NCBI RefSeq assembly: GCF_000143415.4
Contig: NW_003314278.1
Span: 1,262,673 to 1,326,672 of the forward strand
Direction: 5' to 3'
DNA from: Selaginella moellendorffii
Lineage: Eukaryota; Plantae; Lycopodiophyta
DNA length: 64,000 bases
Shown here: positions 24,215 through 35,502 of the stretch, in pieces
Position numbering within the stretch: the stretch's first letter is position 1
Layout of the letters: each line of letters starts with the position of its first letter
Position numbers and translations under genes: made by a program
Notes under the pieces: model-generated
What the model saw: the letters and a program-made list of their open reading frames with translations, nothing else
What the model was told of the DNA's origin: nothing
Databases searched by the model: none

Positions 24215-27200
24215 ATGAGAGAATTCTATTTGAAGTTCGATCAAGAGCTTCCAATTGTTTTCTCTAAGAGTGTTATAGAAGAGAGCTTCCTCTGCAAAAG
24301 ATTCAAGCTGAAGCCAGGATCAGTTAGTTTGGAGAATGTATGTCGTGATAAGGGTAATCAGATAGAAAAATCCATTCTTCTCGACAGTGGTGTGGGAGAG
24401 AATGAGATTCAATGGGATCTTGATAGATGTACAGGTCAAGAGATTCTAGTTACAGGATCTCCGAAGCGAGGAGAGGAGAGCACATTAGTTTCATAGCTAA
24501 CTGTGCAAAGAGTGAAGGATGAAGTTGTTATTCTCTCCAGTGACGAAAATGAAGAAGATGAGCTTCCCGATATAGCTTCCCAAACAAGTAGGTGTGTTCC
24601 TTCTAGACCAGATTTTGAAGTGGTGGATAAGGCATTTCGGCAATCTCAATCATTACGGTTGGAATTGAAAGAGTTCCAGTACATGAGAGGTGAGGAGCTT
24701 CCTTCTTCCTATAATGGGAATATATTCTTCGAGTTTCCACCAGCAAGTTCGTCAAGTAGGAAAAGGGGTATGGAGACACGTCTTGATCCACATAATTGGT
24801 GCAGAGTAAAGATGACCCACTTCTCTCATTTCGATGGATCTGTGTCCATAGTCCATTGCAGTGGACAGCTTCAGTGTGTCGCTGAGAAATGCATTTCTGA
24901 TCATGGCAAGAATATGTGTTTCTTTGAAGGCTCAGCGATCAATCCCCCTAGGCGTGATGAAGTTGCTACAGGATTTAGATGTCGCAAATGCGGGGCAACA
25001 CCTGTGTGTCAAGCATGTTGTGATGCGAAAATGTATTATTTTCTTCCATGGGATGGATGTTTAGGCAGAGCAGCAGTGCATGTTGGATACCACCAACACG
25101 CAATTGAGGAAGGAATCCGCCGTGATTCTTTTCGCAATTTGAAGACTGCTGTTACTACAGAGGCTAGGAAGAAAAGTGCAGCAACTCCAAAGTGTGTTCA
25201 ACAGTCTATACTAAAGGACTATGTGGTGGACATGTTGCTACAATCTGATAACAAAAAAGAGTTCACGGAGAATAACTTGAAGGACCTACTTCGAAATATA
25301 GAACCTATGACAAATTTAAACAGGTATAAAATTAACACTTAACTCTACTTTATCACTAATAACACTCTTTTTTTTTGTAAAATAAAGAACTGGATGCGAG
25401 AAGGGCGAGATAGAAAGCTTCAATCTGGATTGGATTGGATTTTGGAGCTAAAGAGAAAATGTCCCTATGAGTTTATTCATGGGAGCTTATTTGTTGGCCA
25501 AGTGACTTCGAACAATCAACGCCCTTTCATCTTTAAGATGTCTACCTTGGTCTTGCTTCTAGTGTGGACCTTGTACAACGAATGGATATGGATGGAGATG
25601 GGGATTTTGCTAATTCCTGGATCCATTTTGACCATATGGAACGAGTTTCAGGCTGGTCAACAATGGGAGCTCATGTTTATGATCACAAGTAAGTGGCTTT
25701 TCATTTTTTAAGGATCTATACCAATTTACATTATAACCATTCCTTTTATAGGTTGCAGTGCAATTTGACTATAAATATAGCCGAATTCAAGGTTCAAGAT
25801 TTTCAAGCATAAACCGTGTTTTGGATATGTATGTCTGAGGTTGTTGAACAGCGAACAGGGAAGAAACCCAACTTTTGTGGTTTCATGGCAAATGCAGCTG
25901 GTGCTAACTGGTTGGTTGTACAACAAGTATTCAGAGGTGATAAAAGTCAGCCATTACAAGGTAGAGAGAAGAGTTGTGAGTTTCATTGGGCAAAGAGTGT
26001 CAATAAACATTGCCAATGCATCAAGTCTACCTTCCATCACGAGTTCAAACAGCTTTGTCAGAAATGGATGGATGCACCAACTAAAGAGGAGCACGAGGCA
26101 AAGGCAAATGAAATGTGCATATGGTGGCATGAAGGAGACAAAGTGCCAATTGAAAACCTTTCACAAATGGAATGCTGGCTTGCATGGTTGGAAGTTCAAA
26201 TGTTTCAGTGGGGTCATTATACTCTCCATGTAAGCTTTCTCTCATCTTCTTTCTTGTCACATTCAAATGTTCCATTTTTTGTAGGATCAACCACTTGATG
26301 ATATTGCACTTACACTAACAATTAATCTCTCTGAGAGCAAACATTGGAGTTGGAGAGCTTCCGAAGCAGAGAAAGGAAAAGTGTCCCTCTATAAAGCTAC
26401 ACTCTCCAACCTCACTAGATCTCTTGAGCAGTCATCAAAAGCTTTGGTTGCACAGGAAGCAAGGTTTGCTGGTACAGGTCCAAACTTAGACAGGCTTCAA
26501 GAGCGGGTTGGTAGAAGGACAACACCAGCAGCAGGGTCAATGTTTAAGATGGTGGAGGAAGTTGTTGCTGGAACTCCTATGAAATCAAGTTATGAGCCAC
26601 TTGGGGACATGAAAACAGCCCGTATGAAGCGTCGATAGACATTTGATGGGTCAAACATCACTCCTTCTAGCTCTCACCGTCCAGAGTTTGACTACCATTT
26701 TGTTCCACGACACCGGAAAAGAACTAAGGAACATGGAGTGGAGGAGGTGCCAGTTGTTACATAAGTAAGTCCAATGCCAGAGGTTGAAAAGGTTATTTCT
26801 CGTGAGCCAGTTTCTCGTATCAATTGGGCAATTCAAAGAGTCAGTGCCAAGAGCAATGCACATTGCTCTGGAATGATTGGGAGTCGAGGTCAGTGTCTCG
26901 CTTTTGTGCGCTCAGGTTCAAGTTCTTCAGCAGTGCCATGTTTCTGGGGCTGTCGAGATCTAGGAGTGAAGGGCCGCCAGTCAAGCTGGATTTACTGTTG
27001 TGCGACTGATGTTACTCATACAAGCCGGATCCACAGCTCAATTATTTTGAAGCCAGATTCTGTGCCAGAGGAGTGGCCAGTTGAGCGAAGCTGCAATCTT
27101 TTGAAAGAAGAGATTGAATGTCTGGAGAGAGCAGGTTTCAAGCTAAAGACTTCCTCAAATGTTATTGTTAGTATTGCTATGCCACCAATATCAACACTAG

Positions 27201-27577
27201 ACCAGCATACACGACCAGCTAGGAATGGGAAGGCTGTACAATACAGGTCTTCCATTTCAAAAGATGCACAAGAGAAGATCAAGCTGGCAAAAGAGCTAAA
27301 GTGCACAATCACAAAGATAAACTACATCAGTGCTATGGCTAAGGAGTTTATTATTGTGACTGAGTCATCAAAGGGTGTGAGCTACACTGTTAAAATCTGC
27401 GAAAATCCATCTTGTACCTGTCCAGATTTTACACAGCGGGAGAACAGGGGAAAGGTATATTTAGCCTGCAAGCACATCTATTACATTTTTATGCAGGACC
27501 TAAATCAAGATCCTAAGATCGACCATCACATCCATCAGGCAAGCCTTACAATTGCGGAGCTTGAGAAGTGTTTTTAG
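24215..27577 (+). pseudogene. MULE-type transposase: Cys/His-rich N-terminal DNA-binding domain, DDE core, C-terminal SWIM finger; stops and one frameshift
   Basis: Introns 25324-25380 (acceptor decayed to AA), 25689-25751, 26230-26284. N-terminal CSGQLQC...CRKCG...CQACCDA...HVGYHQH (WRKY/GCM1-like, inferred). Core WIHFDH, GFMA(N)AAGANW, CEFH (CxxH), INLSESKH. SWIM SCTCPDF...ACKHIYY. Confidence 0.8.
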
Positions 27578-27774
27578 ATTGCTTTTAGTGTTCGGATCTA
27601 TATTTATATTTGTATTTTATTGGTTGAATTTACTTGGAAATATAGATTAAATCAAAATTTGAAAAATGGAAAGATGTTGGTTCGGGACGAACCAATGTTT
27701 TTCTTGTGTTTGAGAAGCCGTGAGCTCAGCTCGTGAGCTCATGAGCTCAAAACCTACCCGGGCTTGTTGTTTAT

Positions 27775-28150
27775 GCAATGAGTTGTGCATAGCCAAGTGC
27801 TTAGTGTCCTCTTTGACTCTGGTGCTACGCATACTTTCATTAACAAGGCTAGTGATGAGGGCATAGGAGCTGTCTTGGTGCAAGACTGCTGTCCTATTGC
27901 CTACATAAGCCACAAGTTTGACGCAACTTAGCTGAACTGTCAACTTGGGATAGGAAGTTGTATGTTGTAGTTGTTGTGGTCAAAGAGTGGAGGCATTATC
28001 TGTATGGTTTGGATTTTTCATGTGGATAACTTTACCACTTGTCACTCTTTTCACTCGCCAGATGGAGCTTTGAGGACGGCTAACTCATTGACTAGAGTTT
28101 TTGCAGGAAATGGATGTGCAGATTCCAAACCACCAGAGGAGTTTAGCTCT
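27775..28150 (+). mobile_element. Decayed Ty3/gypsy protease/RNase H fragments (right flank of the MULE)
   Basis: VLFDSGATHTFI at ~27805-27845; GIGAVLVQ..PIAYISH at ~27860-27915. Confidence 0.65.
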
Positions 28151-28644
28151 GGGGTTTAAGGTGATGAAAACTGGGGATTCCCGAGTAAAAGACAAAGGGT
28201 AATTTTGACTGCAGATTACTCATGAATTCGGAAGATGATGTTTAAAGCAAAGTTGCTAGGTTTTCCAAGATCTACAAATTTTCTTTAAGACAATTTTCCT
28301 GTTTCTGAAAGGAGTAGACAGTAAAGGTAGTTGTTTCTCCATTGTCTGGGATGGTGAACTCTATCTCATTTGGGAAGCTCTCCAGTGGTTTTCTAGATGA
28401 AATTAAAGAGCTTGCTAACTTCTACTCCTTTGTAGTGAAGGCATGTGCAATTGTTTTGAAGAGGGATGCCTCTTCCAATGCAATTGTGCTTCCTTTGATG
28501 CACGAGATGGTTTCTGTCATAATCCAGTACAAAAGGACAAAGATCTAGTCACCCTAGACTATGCTATGCCACCTTTTGAGGTTCCTCACCACCCAACCAC
28601 CCCTGAGCTACCTCAAAAGCTGCAGCAATCTTCTTTACAATACT

Positions 28645-30630
28645 GGTAGATAGTTGTGGAGCATCTTTATATCCTCCAAGGGTGATGGTATTGTTCCTTC
28701 AATATGTGATAATGTCTATTGTCTTGAGCCAAGTTCATTTGAGGAGTACTTCGAAGTAGCTTTGGTCTTTCGCCATCTTGAGTACAATGAAAGTTACTTT
28801 AAATTCTTGATCTTTAATCTTGATAGGAATGTTATGCATGATTCCTGATGGTTGTACACTCCGATCGTCGGCCATCTTGACGTTGAAGGGTGTAGAGTGG
28901 ATTGGTCCAAGTCCCATTGCTTTGCAAGTTGAATACTCAATAATGTTGACATTTGCTCTGCCGTTGATGATTATTTATATAACTTTGTTCTTTCCTAATT
29001 GGGATGCATGGTACATCTTCATCATAGTCACTAGGTTAGATGTTTGCTTTATGGGATGAGTTGTTAGTTTTTTCCTTGACTTGAGCTGAAGTTTTTTGGT
29101 GGAGAAGCTTGACATATCTTGAGAAGTTGTTTTCTCAAGTATGAAGCTATCTGTGAAAGTTCTAGAAGGGTGAGTGTGATACCTTGTTGAAAAATGTTGG
29201 TGATGGGCTTTGGATGTTCCTCTTTTCTTAACAAAGTTTTAGTTACAATTTCTTAATTATCTTCAACTTCAGGTTGTTGTTGTTGAAGGGTTTGCTGAAT
29301 TGTGTTGACTAGCTCCTTGCTTTGTTGCCATTCGTGCTTTGAGATTTCTTGCACTTTGTCTTGGAGTTCTTGTTCTTTGACTTTTCCTCAAGGTCATCTT
29401 CAAGAGTGTAGTGTTTTTTCTGACTTCAAGTTAGAGCTCTTACCTCAGGTTTATCTTCAAAGTGTTCATCTTCGATTTAGTCAATGTTGACATTTCTTGT
29501 TGTTGGAGGAGGTCTTCGATATTGCTGATCTTGCTAAGGAGTTCAATTTCCTTGATTTTGTTGTTTGGTATTGGGGTCGGATTCCTTGAGTTTGAGGTTA
29601 CTATTGATAGTTGTTGTGAGGAAATACTCTAGGTGGTGGATTATATTGTTGATTTTGCTGTTAATAGTTTAGTTATTGCAGAGGCAGTCTCCATTGTCGA
29701 TTGTTGTGGTACTATTGTTGATAATTATTTTGCCGGGGTGGTGGTCTCCATTGTTGGTTGTCTCAATAAGGCTACTGATAAGTCTATTGGTATGGTTGCT
29801 AATACTGATTGTCTTGGTTGCCATTGTTGTATTGTTGATGGTATCTAAAGTTAGGATTATATGTATCTTGATTTTGGTAGTTCAGCTACCACTACTGTGC
29901 TTCTTTTCTAGGTTGATTGTAATGTCTTCTAGTTGGTGTAGGAGTTCAAGGTATGTTTTCAACTCGTGTGACTTCAATTGCTCCTTTGTATCGACAGATC
30001 TTTGCTATATATCCTTCTTTTTCACAGATCTAACACTTAGGAATTAATAGTTTACACTGTTAGGATATGTCCCTTGTTCTTGCATTTCGTACACCATACT
30101 CCTTTTTTAAGTTTGTTCCTGATTGTAACTTTTTATAGTATTTTGGTAAGTTCTTGATTTTTGTCTTTCTTCATGACTTTAAGTTTGTATTCTTCTTTAT
30201 CATCAGAAGAGTCGTTTGTTCTTGTTGTTTCTACTCTTAAAAATTTTTAGAGCTGTTTCTTGAGGTTCTTAATTTTCTTGGAAATATTGTCAATAAAGGT
30301 CTCAGCATCTAGATCTTTTTCCGTACTTGCAAGAGGAACCATTTACTAGTATATCTTCTTCAATCCCTATATATACCAAATATACTTACCTTGTTTAGTA
30401 AGTAAATCTTTGTAGCGCTTTGCGTGATATTTGAATATTTGGGTATAGTCTTCGATATCTTCTTTACTACCTTGTTTGATGCTCTTGAGATGTTCTAGGT
30501 ATTCAGCTGTTGTGCCACCGGGTTAGTACTTCTCTTTGGATTGCTTAACTTTTTCCTAAAACTTAAGTTTTTCATCAAAATTATAATACCATTCTAATGC
30601 TTTTCTTTTAAGTGTGAAAGGGAATAGAAG
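28645..30630 (-). mobile_element. Decayed gag-protease region of the same Ty3 family as 1-2661
   Basis: 28645-29255 is the reverse complement of ~10-610 (GLGPIHSTPFNVKMAD..). Upstream are Q/N-rich gag-like sequence and an FPFTL..KALEWY remnant near 30590-30625. Confidence 0.75.
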
Positions 30631-33600
30631 TTACCAACTTAAGCTTAACATATCATAAATCATTATTGAGAACCTAGTTAAAGCTACTACAATGCTACTA
30701 TATGCAAGTAGACTAGCTTCATTATCAACCATTTTGGGGTTGATCATCATTTACGCAAACAACTTTGTAAACACATCGCTCATTATCACATGGATATGAT
30801 ATAAGTATCACAATGATTTAATCATCAATTGAGTAACACCAGGAGTAACACCCATGTCACTACTATAAAGGTTTATGTGAGTATCAAGTGTCAACTCGAT
30901 TCGACAAAATGCAATATAAATGTCACACCCCACCGATAAAGATTTACAACACTGAACACCACCAACGCTGTTCACAACACAGATAAGCTTATGCCCCTCT
31001 TTTTCCAACCAAACTCAAAATTAATCCAACACCAAACTACTCAAGGAGCAATAGCAAAGTTTCCTAGAAAAGAATTGAGCATTGCAACTCAAGTTTTTTA
31101 ATAGCAAGCTTAGACAAAATGGTATAGCATTTCACCGCTATCCATCCGCAACTCATCATTTCTAAGACCATCATTTTCAACATGCATCAAGGTAGGGACT
31201 CTTGATTGCATAATGTTAACATGAGTAATGAGTTAACACATTGTTGCAAATCATCTTCAAGAAGAGAAGATGATTTACGTGTTTGATCCTTCATCCTTGA
31301 AAACCCTCTTGTTGGTCTTAACTTTGATTTAACTTCAAGCTTGCATTTGCACTGCCTTCAGTCCAATCCAAGAAAAGTTTATAAAAGAGCACAGCAATGA
31401 CTACTTAAACTAATAGACCAATCACTACAGTCTTGATTGATCCACTTGTAATCATGCTTAGGAAGGATCCACTAGTGCTGTGCTAAACAACTATAGACTA
31501 ACCTATTTGTCACTCATAGCAAACCCAAGGAAGGTTTACTTTTACCTATGGTACAAGGAACAACCCATGGAACCATTGGAACAATTCATGGAACCACCGA
31601 TATGCTAATATTAATTATACCAACTCAAAGTGTATCCTTGAATTGCTAATACGCCTCACTCATGAGCCCAAGCGAAAACTCATGCAAAAGAAACAATTCA
31701 ATCCCACTTATGAGCCCAAGAGCAAGCTCAAATTATTATGGTACAAAAAGGTAGCCAAATCCATACCCAAGGAATGACTGCAAAGTTATTGCACCCAAAC
31801 GTGTACCCATTCGGATCATCATTTTCATCTCTACATATGCAACAAGACTAGTTACCCAATCTCATTGGATAGTGCTCACCGAGACATATCCTCTAATACC
31901 AAATGTACAACATGTGGTTTTACCCTTTTTCTTATGGTGATTTTCCATAGGATAACTCACGAAGCAGACCCTAAACCTTCCATATGCCACGTATCACATA
32001 CCATATGCCTCCCTACTATACATTTAGAGCCCCCCACATCCCCCCCCCCCTCAAACCTCCCTAATCCCCCCTTGAAAAACACACGCTTTGGGCTTTCATC
32101 CCAAGCCTCCCTTAGTACCATGAGTTAGTCTCTAGGACAAGCTCAAAACTTATTAAATATGAAATGTCCCTAAATTGCAAATTTGGATATGGGACGAATA
32201 CCATTGTGTTCAAGACAATCTTTACATTCCGTAAATATGCTAAATGAGCAAATCTAGACACTTTCCATAAATAACATTTGGGACTAAAATGAGACTAACA
32301 CAAAGGGCATGATAGCGAGGGTGTTTGGTAGACATGATAAGCTATCATCTAATGATATTGAGGGACCAAGCTCAATATCACAGGGGTTCCCAACACTAGC
32401 AAGTGCAAGTCAACGAATGAGTTTCTCTAACCAGATCAAGTATGCTTGATTAATAGCATTTAGGAATTCCATATTTATGCTCATCTGGTCAAGTGCACAC
32501 GCGAAGACCAGTTTCTCAACTAGCTTAGGCAGAGACTAATAAAGGATCCAACAATACTAATCTCTTGCCGTCATGGCAGTAAGGAAAGAATATTCGAAAG
32601 GACTAACCGATAGGTAACTTTCGAAACCCGAAGTCACATTCGCGACAGAAGTTCTTTGTTGTCTTTTTGCTAATTGATTTATATAATTTAGTTGAATTGC
32701 TAGAAATGTCTTTCTGCATCTTCAATTTTGCTACTAGTGAAAATTGGATATGTAATCATGATGCCATAGGGTGTTGTTAGGTTGATGAGTGCTATCTTTC
32801 TATTATTGCTGATGGTTCAGTTTTTGAGAACCTGGATAAGATTGAAAGTTGTCGATGTTGTAATCTTCGTAATTGGGAGTTTCGAGTGGTGGTAAATCTT
32901 GATCTAAGTCTAAATTTTGGTTGATTGTGTCTTCCTCAGCATTGGTTGTGTTGATGTTGTTTGGTTTGCCAACTTGTGTGGCTTGGGTCGTTTTGTCGAA
33001 AGTCTTGAATATAGTCTCAAGGATTTCGATTTAAGCTTGAGTCTTCTATTGCTTGTCTACTTCTAATTTTTGCTGGAGTTGTTTCTTATTTGTTGTATCT
33101 AATCTCGCTTGAGGACAACAACACTTAGAATACAGCCACTACTCAGCTCAGACATTTTAAACATCACCACCGACTAGAGAACATAGACCTTTATAGTGAG
33201 GATGTTCACAACTTTATACAACACAATTAAAGGTAGGCCACAATTACTTTACAACAATTTAACACAACAAGGACTCGTAAAAAGAGTAGCCATAGTATGC
33301 ATTCCTGTTCAATCTTGAAGTTGGCAAGCAATGACGTTGTTGAAGACTGATCACTTTACCGAGCTGAGTATAACATAGCAACACAAATACCAATACATAA
33401 GATCGTGTTAGTCTACACCACATGATTCTACAACTACACAACATTTCCTCAAGAAAAACACAATAAACCAAAGCTAACAACAACAAAACCGAAAAAACAA
33501 ATTCAAGAAAATGATAAGTCAAGAAAACTCTAGCACAACATCAAATGTACAAACGCAACCCTGATCCATTCAAGAAACAAGAGGTTGTTGTTGATACAAG

Positions 33601-33810
33601 TTTCTAGATTCTTGATTCTTGTATTTTTTATCTTCGATCCCTGTCCATGCTTTGATTAATTGTTATTTTTATTCCCCATCATCCCCAAGGGACCTCCACT
33701 TGTTAAATCCTTAATATTTCATTTCTATTTGCTTGGTTGCTTCTTAATAGCTCATCTGATAAATGTATATTTTTGTTTTCAATAATGTGAAGAAGAAATG
33801 CAAGTTCTTA

Positions 33811-34430
33811 TTAGTATGGAGATAGTTTGGTAAATTGAGATAGTTTCCATCTAACTAGACTACCTATTTCCAACTTACTTGAAACATCAACAAAAGAAGA
33901 GATTGAGATTCCAATATAATCCCACCCTAAAATTATGTTGTGTAGATCATCTTGAGGGTCTACAATAATAACTAGTCCCTCAGCCACAACTACATGTATA
34001 GCATCCACTATCTTCACAAGAGCTTTATACCATATACTACAAGCATTTATACTTATAGAGGAACACCTAGAATTAAGGATATTCTTACCTCCAGAAATAT
34101 TTTTACTCTCTATCTTCTGTGGAATAACATTTTCATCATTATTCCTCTGTCTTCCAATTGTATTTCCCTAGGAGATTTTGGTAGGAAATATCTCTATTAG
34201 AGATATCAGGTGATTCTGCTTCTATATAGAAAACCCACTAACATCCAACTCACCTATAAGGAGGGAGTAATTCGAGTTAAACACCTTAATAATGCAAAAC
34301 AAAACACATCTAACTCTTAAAGAAGCATAGTAACAAATACAAGTAGCATCTAAAGATTCTATTCTTCCCTTTGCAATTGATTCTCCATTATCCCAAACAA
34401 TCTCTATTACATCTCCTTTAACAACTTGAG
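33811..34430 (-). pseudogene. Decayed ORF fragments with two similar beta-rich modules, possibly a DNA-transposon (CACTA TnpA-like) accessory domain; duplicate at 62690-63350
   Basis: VVKGDVIEIVWDNGESIAKGRIESLD and VKIVDAIH..AEGLVIIVDPQD.LHNI.LGWDY..LVRW; family assignment is an inference. Confidence 0.35.
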
Positions 34431-35502
34431 AAAAACAAAGAAAATTACAAATATCAAAACACAAATAGAAGGAAAAAAATATAAAAAAAAAGACAAGAAA
34501 ATAGGAAATTAAAAAACAAAGCACTTTTTGTGAATATGAGAAAATAAAACATGAAAATATGTAGTGAAAATAATTAAAAATGCATAAAATAAGCACACAC
34601 AAAGTCAAAGAATTTCTAGCATGTACTTGCACACTAAAGACCCAATTTAATGTATTGATGAAAGAATATGAGCTCACAATAAACCAAAGTCAAATTAAGA
34701 GAGAAACAGATTGGTAAGTGCAAGTTTGTAAAATGACCAAAGAAATGGGGGTTACTTAACTTTGAACAAGCATGGTCTCAAACTCATTCTTCAAAAATGT
34801 AAGGATTTCTAACACTCTCTCTCTCTCTCATGGTCTCTTGTTTTTTTAAGCTAGCGTATGGGCTCATGCCTAGCCAAGCTCAAATTTGAGTTTCTCTAAA
34901 GAAGCTTGAGATTTCTTGGTGTGCACTTGTACACCTATAGATTAGTTTTGGATGACTCTCTCTTGTAAATCTTTGTTCTTTTGTTTTGAGATTTTTAGGC
35001 ATGCACTCTCATGCCTATAGACAAGTATGGGATGACTCTCTTGTAAATATACTACACTATCATATAGTCTCATGCCAAGCAATACTAAAATATGAATGTA
35101 TATTCTTTATAATAATGAAAACCATATGTTTTGAGGAAAGAAAAACTTACCATGGCCATAAACAAACCAAAACAGTGTGGGAGAGATATGTGCTTAGGAT
35201 GTGCTAGAGAGGAAGGAAAAATGCGTCCTAAGATGTGATCTATGAACCAGTAGTGGCGAACCCCTAGAGAACCCAAATAATAAAACCTAAGAAAAAACCA
35301 TAAGGCTAAGAGGGGGAAAATTTAAAATGCAAGCTTGACAAAGAATTTGAAATGCAAGGGTAGTGTTATGATACTAATAGCTTGTATCAGTTTTGTTTGA
35401 ATTTAGGCAGGATTGTTAAATAATGTAGTATAGATATTTAATGTTGTTATATAGTTCAAGAAGAGACTCCATAAAAAGTTTTTTCAAAAATTGAGATAAC
35501 TA

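Larger units (their letters stand above)
18717..27765. mobile_element. Mutator-like (MULE) DNA transposon, 9049 bp, with two divergent genes
   Basis: Terminal inverted repeats GGGGCTGGGTAGTTTTTGAGCT / rc AAGCCCGGGTAGGTTTTGAGCT. Subterminal GTTCGTCCCGAACCAA at both ends, inverted. 9-bp flanks GTTTTTTGT (18708-18716) and GTTGTTTAT (27766-27774) match 7/9. MULE-type transposase inside; inserted into a decayed gypsy element. Confidence 0.8.

Noticed and set aside
30631-32660. Possible copia RNase H remnant (DVFTK on minus, ~30765-30780) and LTR-like patch (~32030-32130)
   Set aside because: Too decayed to delimit or classify from sequence alone.
34222-34677. 151-aa hydrophobic 'membrane protein' ORF
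   Set aside because: The hydrophobic part derives from T-rich intron-like sequence and is not conserved as an ORF in the paralogous copy.
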